This document shows positions 25,995 through 39,000 of a DNA stretch of 64,000 nt, in pieces. A model generated the notes under the pieces. That model was not told the DNA's origin, made no database searches, and saw nothing but the letters and a program-made list of their open reading frames with translations. Numbering within the stretch: position 1 is the first letter of the stretch; the number at the start of each line of letters is the position of its first letter. The DNA is from Sphyrna mokarran (taxonomy: Eukaryota): positions 48,670,001 to 48,734,000 of the forward strand of contig JAGIQG010000008.1 in the NCBI GenBank assembly GCA_024679065.1, given 5' to 3'. The position numbers and the translations under genes were made by a program.

Positions 25995-26430
25995 AATAAA
26001 ATGTTGCATGTATATAGCAGCATTCATGACTTCAAGATATGTCAAATTACTTAATACAACACTAAGTAGAGATTGTGCACAGCAAGGTCCCACAAATATC
26101 AGTATGATGATTTGCTAAGGTAATATATTTCACTGTTGGCAGTTGACAGATGAATGTTGGCCAGGACACCAAGAATAATTCTCCTGTTCTCATTTGAATA
26201 ATGACATGAAATATTCCTCTTCCACCTGGGAAGTAAGTTTAAGACCTCATCTGAAAGATAGGGTAGGATTCTCCAATCATTCAAGCCAACGGGATTCCCT
26301 GGTCCCGCTGCACTGAACAGACATTTGGTTGAACGAATTTAATGTCCTTGCAGACAGCAGCAGTAGGGCATGAATGACCTCAAAATTCCAGCCATAGTCT
26401 CCTAAACAATGTCATCAGGACAGTACAGTT
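25995..26430 (-). mobile_element. Deu-domain SINE carrying a MITE insertion
   Basis: gcacagcaaggtcccacaaa...ggccaggacacc...ctcatctgaaaga core complement. Confidence 0.65.
26261..26393. mobile_element. ~133 bp MITE with 3-bp ATA TSD
   Basis: gggtaggattctcc ... aaaattccagcc, with ATA on both flanks; the host SINE resumes afterwards. Confidence 0.6.
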
Positions 26431-27184
26431 GGAGGATAAATGTTTTTCACATTGAGGAAGAATATGAAGGGCATTCCTTCAACCTGACTCGAGCAGATTC
26501 AACAAGAAGACTCCTAGTCAAGACAGAACCTAAAAGATTAGGGCAAAACAGCTCAAAGTGAATTAATTTGCCAATATGGTGTGCTTCTCCCTTAGACAGA
26601 TTGTGTAGATTAGTTGTATGCAGCCATGTATGTTATAAGAATATTATTCTGAAAAATGTTAGTCAGCTGCCAAGTTAAATGGATTTTTAAAAATGGGTTC
26701 AGTTGGTATTTTTAAAAGTGAATCATCTTTGGTTTGATTGCCAACCCTGTTCCTCTCCTATTAATGCCACGTTTCAATAATGATGACAGCTTTTCCCCTT
26801 GCATTCTGTGATCTTTTGACCCCACCCATCAGAATTAATTTATCTGGAGAAATGAATAGTTTGCACTAAGTAAGGATGCAGAGGTTCCATCCTTTTCTGA
26901 AATCAGAGTCAATGATTTATTAGATTTTAGCAATATTTTAACCTGTGGATTTTAGTTGATGTATTACTTTTAAAAACAGTCCCTTGAATTAAATTGTGGA
27001 TTTTCACTGCTGATCATGCATTACAGTTCAATGTATTATTATCGGAACAGAAGCAGGACAATTTAAAAAATGCAAGGGGCCCTGATTCAGGGATTCTTAC
27101 ATGTGTTCCGATTTTTACTAACACTGAATAAGAGTGTGGATAATGAGCCCACACCCCGCACAACCAACTTTAGTTGGCTCCGTT

Positions 27185-27232
27185 GGTGGTGGTGGTGGTG
27201 GTTGGGGGGGGGGGGGGAGTGATGGGAGGAGG
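27185..27232 (+). repeat. (GGT)n + poly-G tract
   Basis: ggtggtggtggtggtgg followed by a long G run. Confidence 0.9.
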
Positions 27233-30129
27233 AAGACACTTCAGTTACACCACCCACCCCTTGAGTCTTCCTGAGGTCCAAGCTTCTCCAGGACTTGTGA
27301 TTCACAGCTGTTCAAGAGGAGTTGTGAACCATAGCCTGGATTCAGGAACTCTTTTTACAGGTAAGTTTAAAAGGTGTTACTTAACTCCGCTCATATCTTC
27401 ACGACCCCCACATATGAGCAACATAATAGCAATGGCAACTTTTTGAAATGTTCAGGAGAAAAAAAAACAATGAACTATCTAACTTGAAGGAACTAATTTG
27501 GCCAACTGTTCTGTTGCTACAGTTGTCAGATAGCCTCATTATAAATACTTGGCTGAGCTCCAAGATACTGTAATAGAATCAGCTTAGGGGTCTGTTTAGA
27601 CAGTTTTGAAGGTGAATGTTGTCTTTGCCATGTTTATGAGCTGAGAATAAGTTACTCTTCCAATGATGTAATTTTTCAATGTCTATGTTTAGTTGGACAA
27701 AATGAAATGAATTATAATAAACAATGATAATGAATCGCTGCCTGACATTTTTAAAAGGTTGTAAGAACAGCAGTTTTTAATAAAGAAGATTTTTGAATGG
27801 GTATCTTTTCATGAGAATTTCAAAGGCTTGTTAGTTATATTGTCATTAGTTCTACACATAGTTCATATGGATGAAAGGGCATGGAGGTGGCTTGGAATAT
27901 AAAGGGCTATGGAAGGGATGTAGGAGGTACATGAGGGATGAAGAAGAAAGGGTCTACCACTTTAATACAACCTGGACGAAATCCCATTCCAACCAGCCAA
28001 CATCTGTGGCCACCTCTGAACTGCTTCTGGAGGAAGTGGGCCTGACTCTATCCTCCTCAGCATTCCTCAAGATATTGGATCCTTTTAAAGCAGACAAGTC
28101 CACTTTGACATTCTTGCCTCCTCCACGAAAATCTGGCCCCACGTGTTTTTTTTTCCAAATATTTTTCCAAAATTGAAACTTTTTCTTTGCAGTGTTATTA
28201 TGGAAGTGATAGCATTATTGTGTGAAGATACCACTTATGTTTATATAGGATAAGGAGAAGTATCGAATTAAATTGCTAATACAATATTGGAGGCTGCATA
28301 ATGAAGAACAATTGGATTATTCTCTGGCGAAAGATATCTTGTAGTCATGAGGAATAAAAGCATGTCTAACATCAGATATCTGTCTGGTTTTAAATTATAT
28401 AACTGTATAATTTGTCTGTTCATCTATGTCTGAGATATCTGCAATCCTCCAATTCAAGCCTCTTGCACATCATTTCCCATTACCCCACCATTGGTAGGAG
28501 AACACTAAGCCATTTTGGTGCTAATGTTCTGGAAGTCACATTTCTCTCCATCCCCACCAATGCACCCCCCCTCCCCCCCACACACAAATAACCATCCACT
28601 AAATCTCTTTGTTTCTTTATCTTGCCTCCTTTAATATGCTCATTAAACCTTACTTTTCCAATCAAGCTTTTAGTTAGCTCTTGTCTCTTTAGGTGCCATT
28701 CTTTGAATTCTTTAGTGCTCTTGTGAAGCAGCTTTTAAACTTTTTCGACATTGAAGGTACTGTCTCAATTCATGTTTCTGCATATACTTTTAATTATGGC
28801 AATGCCATAAGCTAATTGGAATGGGTTCCCATCATTCATATAGGAGTAGTTATTTTTTGATGGTGCGGAGCCTCACTTGACACAGGAAGAACACAAAAAT
28901 GTCACTGCTCTATCTCCGCCATTCATTTTTGTCATTTCAGCCCAGTTGCTCCTGTAAATTTGAATACAAAATGAATGTTTGTTAGGTCTGAAGTGCATAA
29001 AGGTTTGGTACCATTTATCAGTGTGCTGCTACAAACAAAATAAGTTTGTTCTTTTTATTGGATGAATCATCAAGATAAACATTTTTCAAAAGTCTGGCAG
29101 GGTGTAGATTATAATTAATATCTCCTGCTTATGGTTGATGCCGGATGTTACTACTGATCACGATGGAAAGCGAACAAACTCTTGGTTCTTTGAAATTTTT
29201 TGATTGACTGCCTTATACTGATGAGGCTGCCCAGTTGCCTTTGAGACCCACCTTTGATTAGCTGCATTGTTTAATCATGAACTACACTTTTTCCATTAGA
29301 ATGGTAATTTTTGTTCAGAGAACCTTGCTTGTGGTATATTTCTGTAACTGTAAAGGACAGCAAAAGTGCTAAAGGTTGTCTCTCCCATTTTTCTTTGCTG
29401 CTTACTTTTTTGACAATGATGAGGGGAATTTAGTTCTTTAACATAGTTTCATGGTTCTGTTGATTCATCAGGCATACTCAGCCTGTCAAGTTATCGTTGA
29501 TAAACAATTTTTGATAAAAACAATTTAGTAGTTTGTGATCTCTGAAAAATAGTCAAACTATCTTAATTTCTAAATATTTCCCGGAGTTATGGGATAACTC
29601 TTAGTATATTTGTAAAGAAAAAACACTATTTTTAATCTTTGGCCGTCTACACCTGAGTTACTTTGTACATATGTAAGGCTTCTGATCAAAAAGAATGTGA
29701 GCTCCCTTATGTAACTGATTTTAGCACTGAGCACATAATATGTATTAAGGGAGATCATAACAGTATAATTAGATTTTATTATGTCTCAGGCAGTCAGTGG
29801 CTGGATCAGTAAAGGGGTCACTGACAGTCAGAGGGAAATCATGGAAAAAGGTTGGATGCAGGCTAAGTCTTCATCTCTATATTGATCTGAGACATACCAA
29901 GTACCAACTGTGGCATTTTTCCACCATGGAGAGGGAATGTAAGCAGAGTAAGTTATACCTAAATGATCTATGGTTCCCTCTCTATTACAGGAACATCAGC
30001 TGTACCCTGGAAGCTCATTGCTTCTCCAACCTCAGCTGCAGATATTAGCACAAAGCTTGGTGAAAAAGGAGACCAAAATATAGAAAGGCAAACAGTTATC
30101 CAAAATACTCAGGTTAAAGATTTCTCATC

Positions 30130-30330
30130 ACTTACCAAACCATGTCACATGGTTACTGTCAATTCTGTGTGCTCTCATTTTCACAAATAATCTCTTTGTG
30201 CCACCTGCAATAAATGCACTCTGGAAATCTGTATCAATAACATCCATCAACACTGCCTTGTCCAAAAGTGTGACTGGGTTATTCAGACATGACTGACACC
30301 ACCAATCCAACTTGACTCTCTTTTGATCAA
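30130..30330 (-). mobile_element. Ancient CR1 RT fragment
   Basis: SCLNN...LDKAVLMDVIDTDFQSAF...KRL resembles SCLTN...VDVVYLDFQKAFDKVPHKRL. Confidence 0.55.
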
Positions 30331-30719
30331 CTGATGGCTGTTCCTTACTCAGTTGCTCTGTCTGCAACAGATCTGTAAATAACTGGCCTGTCTGTCCTTT
30401 CCTACTTAATAAATGGAGCAACATTTGCAATATATTACATTTCAGAAGCATTGTTACTCATTTTTAAGTGCTTTGGAAAATTATGACCAGCAGATCTGCA
30501 AATTCCTCATCTGCTTTAAAAACAGGGCATGGAAAACGTCAGTTCTCGGAGAGTTGTCTTCCATCACTGTAATGAAAGGAGTGAAGATAAAGAGGAATGT
30601 TATTGTGTACAAGTGTGTGAATGTAGAGGCCATGGACAGATGTATTGTATTGAGAAGCATTAGAGGTATACAAACTAGCTTGGGCAGCAGACCTATTGAA
30701 GCAGACACGGAAATGACTG

Positions 30720-31050
30720 AAAACTGCAGTGAGATTTAGGCTGAGGTGAACATAAGTTCACTGTGCCAGCTGCTCCAGGGAACTCTGTAGCAACAGTTGA
30801 TCATCCATAAAACTGTGTCAGAGCCATTGACCTCAGAATACATGTCATGGGACCCTTCTAGGCAGCAACAAGGTGCATCACAGGAGTCGGTTGTTTCTCT
30901 GTGCAGTTCATCAAGGAGATAGTTGATGTCCTATTTTGCAATTAACTCTCTTGCATTCGTTTCAGCAGTGACCAGATGTAATTTCAAAAGCTTTTTTCCC
31001 TGCACTTTCTCCATTGTACAAAGAATCATTGGCAGCACCATTTGTTTGCA
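30720..31050 (+). mobile_element. PIF/Harbinger transposase relic
   Basis: RFRL, LCQLLQGTL, then AIDLRIHVMGPF*AATRCITGV..FIKEIVDVLF resemble the HARBI1-type helix-turn-helix region. Confidence 0.55.
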
Positions 31051-31234
31051 CGCTGGCAAGGTTGTAATTTTTTTTATTTGAGGGCTCTTCTTGAGATTCT
31101 CTTGAGAGCTATCTTTTGATTTTCAGAGGCTACACTTTGGTTTTCACGGGTGTCTTGGAGATAAAGTCTCCATTAAAGGCTTGTTGAAGAAATGAGAGCC
31201 TCGGTGCTGGGCACGCAACTTGGAATCCACAACA

Positions 31235-31450
31235 AACCTCCATTCACTCCCCTTCACTCCTCTCTCCCCAAAACTCTTCTCTTCTTCCCCCCCAAAACCT
31301 TTCCCTTCTCCCCCACAAAATCTTTCCTTCCTCTTCCCCTTCCATCCCTTCCCTTTTTCCTCCTCTTCGTATACCCCTTACCTTCCACCTCCCCTTTCCC
31401 CTTCTCTCCCTTCCTCCTCTCCCTTGCCCTCTCTTCCTCCTCCCCATCCA
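31235..31450. repeat. Polypyrimidine (CT-rich) low-complexity tract
   Basis: Almost purely C/T on the + strand. Confidence 0.9.
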
Positions 31451-31779
31451 TCAATCTCCAAAGGAAAAACAAACACAAGACCTGAATGGATGGCCTTTTC
31501 TGGGTTGCTTGAGCTCCCAATTTTTCCTCACATGTTTGCTCCTGAACCTTCTAATTAAAACTTTACTCTCAAAATATTTTTCTAAAACAGATATTAAAAC
31601 CATTGGAAAAGGATTTAAGTTTTTTTTCTTGTTTGGGTATTTATGTTCCAGTAGTTTGTAATCATGAAAGCCAGATCCACAAGAACAGGGTTATAGAAGG
31701 AAAGAAGAAGATTTTAAAAAATTAGGAAATCATGTACATAAATAAAATGAGTTCTAAGTATAAAAGAGGGTATGTTGCC

Positions 31780-31955
31780 ATACCCTTTCTCTTTTGCTCT
31801 AAACACCCCTTCTCTCTCCCACTCCTTCCTCAGTGTCTGTCTTCCTATCTCATCTCTTTTCCTCCCCCATTCTCTTTCTCTGTTCCTCCCCCACTTTTTC
31901 TCCCCACTTGCTCTTCCTCCTTCATCCTTCTCTCTCACATATTCTCTATCTCTCA
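31780..31955. repeat. Second CT-rich low-complexity tract
   Basis: Strongly C/T biased on the + strand. Confidence 0.85.
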
Positions 31956-32460
31956 CAATTGCAGCCAGACTCACTTTAACTGCATTGAGTTATTATCAAG
32001 GGGTCCTCGCTCCTCTGAATTGAGTGATGGTGGTGCTGAGGTCCCCATTCTCTTATTTTTCTTTCAATATTATAATTAAATAAAAGACCCATCACAGTGC
32101 ATCCTTGTGGTCAGCCACTACAAACCATACCCTTCCCCTCACTAAAAACATACAGCTTTAAGAGGATTGTAAAAAATCATTCCAAAGAGAGGAAAAAGTA
32201 TCAGCTATCCATTGATTTCCAAGATTTGAGGACCTGTTCTGAAAGGATTTGTTTCCAACTCTCTATATCCAACTTGAAAAAGTTTATTTTCGCTTTCAAT
32301 CCTCCTGTCTTTTCCATGCTGTTACTCCAGCACCTCCACTCACAATTTTTCTCTTGCCCACTTTATTGTTCCTCCAATCATGGATTCTGTCTCTGAAGAA
32401 GCAGCAAGAGCATTAGGGAGGAGACCTGTGATTGGAGGAACTGGAGTAGAGAGCAGGAGA

Positions 32461-32585
32461 GACACAGTCTGTAATTGGAGACTGTGTCCAATTACAGTTT
32501 GACACAATGTAAAAACTGTACATTTACATGTTTTTACAGTAAATGTACAACATTTACTGTACATTGTAAATGTACAGTATTTACA
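32461..32585. repeat. Cluster of nested and overlapping inverted repeats
   Basis: Pairs 32461-70/32479-88, 32469-79/32487-97, 32508-28/32565-85 (20 of 21) and 32535-46/32550-61. Confidence 0.9.
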
Positions 32586-35500
32586 TACTCGTTATGTATT
32601 CTACTCCTCCAATCAAACTCTGCATGTTTTCCCACTCTCAACAAAAAGCCTGCACTTGCAGTTGTTCAGCCCGAGACTATAGAGGAGTTTATTATAAAGT
32701 AATATTTCACTTGGGTGACCTTTCTTGAATTTTTTGTCTTTGTCTTTTGTTTATTCATGGGCTACTTGTGGCGTATTGAGGGCAAATTTGCCCGCAATCT
32801 CTAGATATTTTGAATTTAGCCTATCAGTGGATAAGTTCTATGACAATGTCACAGTGCTCGTATTTTGGAAGGTATTCTGACACTCTCACAATAATTAAAC
32901 ATTATACAGTTCTTTGCAGTAGATGGAAAGATGGAAGCCTGTCTTTATCAAGACATCAGCCACATAACGCAGCATGCTTGATGTACATTCTCCAAATCCT
33001 GTACAAAGCAGATGTCAATAAGGTACAACTAGGACCATTGTTAAACTGACTTTTGAAATGTTGAACCAAAACTATAAATGTGTGGGTTCAATCAGAGTTT
33101 GCAAAATAATGAAAATGCTGCACACTGTGCGGTATTACTGACCATCAACTTTGATAACAAGACATAGTAGACAAGTGGAGGCAGGGACATAGGTATATAT
33201 AAGTTTTGTTTCTAGTGATCCTATAGTTGGCATCTTTTCTTTCTATTTATCATTTTTATAATCAATCAAGTTAATTCTACTGTTTATTTTTTTTCTGCAA
33301 AACTATTACTTTTACTTTTGGACAAGTGATGACATCTTTTCTAAACAATAAAAGAAAAATAAATTGCTAGAAACAATGATATGAATAAATATCATTAATA
33401 TGATAGATGTGTTTCACATAAGTGCTGGAGCTGAATTTCTGCTTTGCTGTCATCTGGATATTGATTTCTAATGCATGTTTCTACAATGCTCCCTACCCCC
33501 ATTTCTTCAGTTGATGGAAATCTAATAGTGGTAGCGTACTTTGTCTCCCAGTGGCTTAAAAACAAGAGCATACGTTTTAAATTTAAATCCTTCCTTATCT
33601 CTGTAACTCTCTCCAGGCTTACAAACCAAATGTTTCTCACTTCTTGCGAAGATCCTTCTTTCTTTCACCGTATCATTGGAACCCATGCCATCAGCAACCA
33701 AATTCAACACTCTTTCTGAGTAGGCATGTGTTAAATATTCAAATTCCTTCTTATTGCCTTTAACCATTAACCAAGAACATAGAAGTGTTTCATGATTGCA
33801 TCTTGGAGCTGATTCTCAAGCTCTCTGAAGGAGTGGTGGAAACCATAATCAGATGTTTACTTAACAGTCAGATAATGTGAATCAAGACTAGCTGACTTGA
33901 AATATCGAAGTTCCTTCCTATAATACATTTGCTTTCCCATTGTTGCATATGTAACATAAAATATTGATTTTCACTATTATTTCATTACCTGCTACATCTT
34001 TGCCATTATTTCTTAGTAAACAGTTTTTCATTTGTATCATTAACAATTTCTATTCTTATGTCCAGGTATATCCAGTTTCTTACATTATTAACAACAGTCA
34101 TGCATTAACTTGATGCTCTGAGACCTATCCACTGAATCATTTGGAGATGAGGTACCTCTATCTGCTGTTCTTGCTATGCTAATGGCCTTCTTCTCATTTA
34201 TGCTGGCAATCCTTCCTCACCAAATGTTTCCTCATGTGACTCCATTACTGCACGACCATGGCCTGGCCGATAAAATAGAATGATGTTCTTTCTCTACAGC
34301 TGGATGAGTGAACTTTTCAACCCTACCATTTGTCCAATACTTCATCAGCTGCTTAATTGAGATGTGTTCCAATTTTACTCATTTTCTCCACAAAATTCTG
34401 CTTACAATTGTGATGATTACAGCTGCCAGCCCAGTCTAAATGAACAAAATTCAGCATCCAAGGTTGGCTTAAATTTGAAATTTGTGGAAGTATCTTTGGA
34501 ATTTTTTTTTCATTTTTGCAGATGGTTTATAATTGGATCTTTTATTTGTGCTGCCACAAATAAGGTTGGATTCCAGAGAAAGTAAATCCCACAGATTAGT
34601 TGGGGGCTATAAGCACAAATGATAAATTAGCACATGCTCTTTTCCTGGATACAGCTTATAAATTTGAAAAATTAAAGATTAAGTCCCAATTGGTATGGGA
34701 AAGGAAATAAATATGTATAGACTTCAACCAGATACTCTGTAAAAATGATCATTTTCATTTTAATAATGGACGAAAGCTTTATCCTAACTATCCATAATTC
34801 ATATCATAGGAATTCCTAACCTTCAGACAAACCATTGGATAAAATTATTTTTTTTAAATGCTAATATTCATCCTGAAATAGCACAAAACATCTTTACATT
34901 TCTGAAGAAGTCGTCTGGTCCCAGAGAGGCTGTATATCCAAGAACAAAAGAAATCCTGACTCCTTTTAAACACCTCCTGGGAACCTGGGAAAATATATCC
35001 TTTGTCCAACATTCAGGGGAAGTGTGGGTGGTAATTCACATGACCTCTCCGGGCTGCTAGGTCTTGTACTATTGCCGTGTGCACTTGAACCCAGACAGTC
35101 ACTGTTTGACCTCCAAAGAGAAACAGTAACTCCAGGCAACAGCCTGTGCTGTCTACCAGCTTACCATTGAACAGCTGGCAGTGGACAGAGCTCTGTTCAT
35201 TCACAATTGCCTAGTCTGCATACGACTGTAAAGTGGCACTGATGCCTTTCAGCCTAATTCAATCTAATGTACTTTCTTCTCTCATGGAAGGTTTCTGGAA
35301 AAGTGGATTACCTGCAACATACAACTCTCCTCTGAAGGAACATTTCATTAGACATTTTATTCTGGACTTTGGACACACATGAAACCCCAACTTGTATTTT
35401 TAACACGGTCTTGCCCTGAACACAACTCCTTTCCCTTATCAACCTTTTACTGTGAGTGCAAAAGGGGCAAACACTGTGAAACCTCTTTCCAAGTTCTGCG

Positions 35501-36819
35501 TGTGTGTGAAATAAACATTCCTTTTATTTTATCTTACTTTGTGTTTGCTATGCGAGTTATTCATGGAAGTTTGGATCCCTCCAAATTTAAGAGTTGGGGG
35601 AAATATGCCATTGCTTATAAAAGGGGGGGGGGGGGGTGATGAGTGATGGGGGATGGAATCAAAAAAACCTTTCTGCTTAAAGATGGGTAGTGAGAGGAGA
35701 AATCATGCTGTCTAAATTAAACCCCCCTCCTGTCCATAGCAATTAGCAACGGATGAGTGGTTTCAGAAATCAGTCCTATCCTTCAGTTATCGATTGGTGG
35801 AATGGTAAATGTGAACTTGTGCTGTTGTTCAAGCAAAATTCATTTTAATAAACCTGTTTATCAAAAGTACATTATAGTGAAATTTGAAGTATGGTTGTTA
35901 TTCCCAGTAAACTGCCTTAAAGGTTAGCAATTCCAATTCAAATTGCTTGGATTTCCCAGATCACACTCTGAAAAACTGTCTTTTGCAAAAATTCCTATAA
36001 TCTCTAATTATCTGGTGGTAGTGGATCAAAAGAGAGAAAGCTTCTGACTTTGCTCATTGATCTACAAATTTCTGGATAATCTTCAGATTATTCTATTTGC
36101 CAGCCCAGCCTACATAACCAAACTGCAGCATCCAAAATGGTTTAAACTTGAAACTTGTGGATGTATCGCAGGAAATAACATTCATTGTTTTCATTCTTCT
36201 CCCAGATGTGTTCCAGGCCTCAAGCTCTGGGATTTGGCTGTCCCATGGATATTGAAAAAGTGTGTAGAATCACTCTTAAATGTTGGAAGCAGAAGTAATT
36301 CATTTGTCATGCCAGATGAAAACTATAAGGGATGTAACAATCTGCTGTGCAGAAGGATAAGTTGAGGGGAAAATGTTTGGAATGAATCAGTTCATTGAAG
36401 CAACTTTCTCCTCCATGCCAAAAATAGCCTGCAGCCAAGAGTTTCACGTTTAAAGGTGTAACTGGGTTTTGACTGTAGGTTGCATGAAGGAGCCAAATGC
36501 AATGTTCCTGTCATGTACTGGAATTCCATACTGCTTATCTCTGAATGTTTTTTTTTTGCCCAATTTTCTCCTCTCAAAAGCATTAACTCCCTGAATTTGG
36601 TTGTGATCTGACACACCAAGATTACCCTCTGAGTCCAATGTTTGTGATTGACCAAGGAAACCAAACGTTCAACCGTATTCAAAGTCAAACTCAAACCAGG
36701 CCTTTATCAGTGTGTATACAAACAGCCACACACAATTTCTTCTGCATGGGCTGTTCTATAGAATTCAAGACAGAGTTCTATAGTTTATTTTGCTTTTTCA
36801 AAGAGACATGGGACGTTGC

Positions 36820-38130
36820 ATGAAAGAGAAAATCATAGTTAGCTAACTTGCTGAAGGGATAACAGAAACAGTTGATGAGGGTAATGCTGTTGATGTGCTG
36901 TACATGAACTTTTACATGACATTTCATACAGTGTCACACAACAGGCTTGTGAGAAAAGTTACAGCTAATGTAATGAATGGGACAGTAGCAACATGGATAA
37001 CAAACTGGCTGAGTAATAGGCGACTATGAGCAATTGCTAATGGATATTTTTCAGGCTGGAGGAAGGTTTGTTGTGGATCCTCCAGGGGTCTGTATTGGAA
37101 CTCTTGCCTTGATATATAAATGATCTAGATCTTCATCAGTAGAGAACAATTTCAAAGTTTGCAAATTATACAAAATTTTGAAGTGATGTAAACTGAGGAA
37201 GGCTATGTAGAACTTCAAAAGAATGTAAACAAGTTGGCTGAGTGGGAAGATAGATGGCAAGTGAAGTTCAGTGTAGATGTGTGAGATGACTGTAGTAGGA
37301 GGAGCATGGAGAGACAATATAGAATAAAGGATAAAACTCTCAAGGGTGTGCAGAAAAAGAGAGACCTGACTGTATATAGGGGAAATGGTGGTATAGTCAT
37401 TGGACTAGTAATATATACACTCAGAGTACTGCTCTGGGATCTGTATATGAATCCTGCCATGGCAGATGGTGGGCAGAATTTGAATCTGTAATTAAACATC
37501 CAATGATGACCATTGTCGAATGTTGTCAAAGAAAAGCGATCTGGTTCAGTCAGGTCCTTTAGGAAAGAAAATCTGCCATCTTTACCTACTCTGGCCTACG
37601 TGTGACTCCAAAGCCATAGCAATGTGGTTGACTCTTAAGTCAACCACTCAGGCAAAAGGCAATTGATATAAATTCTGCCTACCCAATAATTTCCACATTC
37701 CGTGCATAAAAAATATGTGCAGAAACCATTAAAGGTGGCCGGACAGGTGTAGAGAACATTTAATTAAGCTTACAGTATCTGAGGCTTTATTACTAAGGGC
37801 AGAGAGTACATGAGGAAGGAGGATATGCTGAACTTAGAGAGAAGATAGCTAGGAGGAAAATCAAAGTCATAAGGGAACTGATCAGATTGGATAAGCAGAA
37901 ACTGTTTCCACTTATGAAATAAAAAATGAGAAGGCATACATTTAAAATGATTTAACAAAGAAGCAAATGATGTGTGAGAAAAGCTCTTTCACACAGCAAG
38001 TGGTTCAGGAATGCATTGGAGATAGGTTCAATCATGGATTAGAAGAGGGCATTAGATGATTGCTTCTAATCAAGCAATGTGCTGGGATACGGGGAAAAGG
38101 CAGGAGGATGGCATTAAATCATAATGCTCA
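36820..38130 (+). mobile_element. Decayed CR1 ORF2 3' part, interrupted by a SINE
   Basis: gttgatgagggtaatgctgttgatgtgctgtacatgaacttt (VDEGNAVDVLYMNF) and a CR1-like 3' region. Confidence 0.75.
37380..37715 (+). mobile_element. tRNA-derived SINE in CR1
   Basis: tggtggtatagtcattggactagtaat...gaatcctgccatggcagatggt; same family as 9640-9985. Confidence 0.65.
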
Positions 38131-38134
38131 TTCC

Positions 38135-38425
38135 ATAGAATTATAAAACCCCTACTGTGCTGAAAGAAGCCATCCGGCCTTTTGAGTCTATATCAACTCT
38201 ACAAAAGAGTATGCCACCCAGGTCCTTCCCTCTGTCTTATCCTGTGCATTAATCATGGCTAATCCACCTAACCTGAACATCTTTGGACTGTGGGAAGAAA
38301 CCAGAGCACTCAGAGGAAACCCCTGCAGACATGAGTAGAAATGTGCAAACTCCACACAGTCAACCAAAGCCAGAATCAAACTCTGGTCCTTGGTGCTCTG
38401 AAGCAGCAGTGCTAACCACTGTGTC
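38135..38425 (-). mobile_element. HE1/V-SINE
   Basis: catggctaatccacctaacctgaacatctttggactgtggg...gcagcagtgctaaccactgtg. Confidence 0.85.
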
Positions 38426-38439
38426 AGAGAGCTGGTGCT

Positions 38440-39000
38440 CTCTATATGCAATTCTGCCCCTCAAGTCTGCTCCACCATCCAATATGGTCATAGCTGATCA
38501 CATCTTGGCTTCATCTCTATCTTTGGAACCCATAACACCTCATCTAATTAAAAACCTATCAATCCCCTCCTTCAAATTGTTTCATGTTCCAGCATCTGGG
38601 GTACAGAATTCCACAGATTCACAACTCTGAGTGAATTAATTCCTCCTCATTTCCATTTTAAATCTGCCACCCCTTAGCCGAAAATTACGGCCTCTTGTTC
38701 TAGAAGGGAATGGGAAACAACTGCTCTATGTCCTGTCAATCTTCTTTAGCATCTTAATCATACCTTCTCTCTTTCTTCTGAAAATCCAGTGAGTTTTGGG
38801 CTATATTCCATAAGAAAATCCTTCATCCCTGGAATCAATCTAGTGAACCTTCTCTGAACCGCTTTTAATGCATTTACATTCTTCCTCAAGTAAGGAGGCC
38901 AAAACTGTGTGCAGTACTCCAGATGCAGTCTCACCAATGCCTTATACAGCTGAAACAGCACATCCCTACTTTTGTATTCTGTTGCACAGATATCCCATAG
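38440..39000 (-). mobile_element. CR1 LINE 3' fragment
   Basis: ORF reads YKSRDVLFQLYKALVRLHLEYCTQFWPPYLRKNVNALKAVQRRFTRLIPGMK. Confidence 0.85.

Noticed and set aside
31192-32079. Overlapping ORFs on both strands
   Set aside because: Produced by low-complexity CT/GA tracts that lack stop codons.
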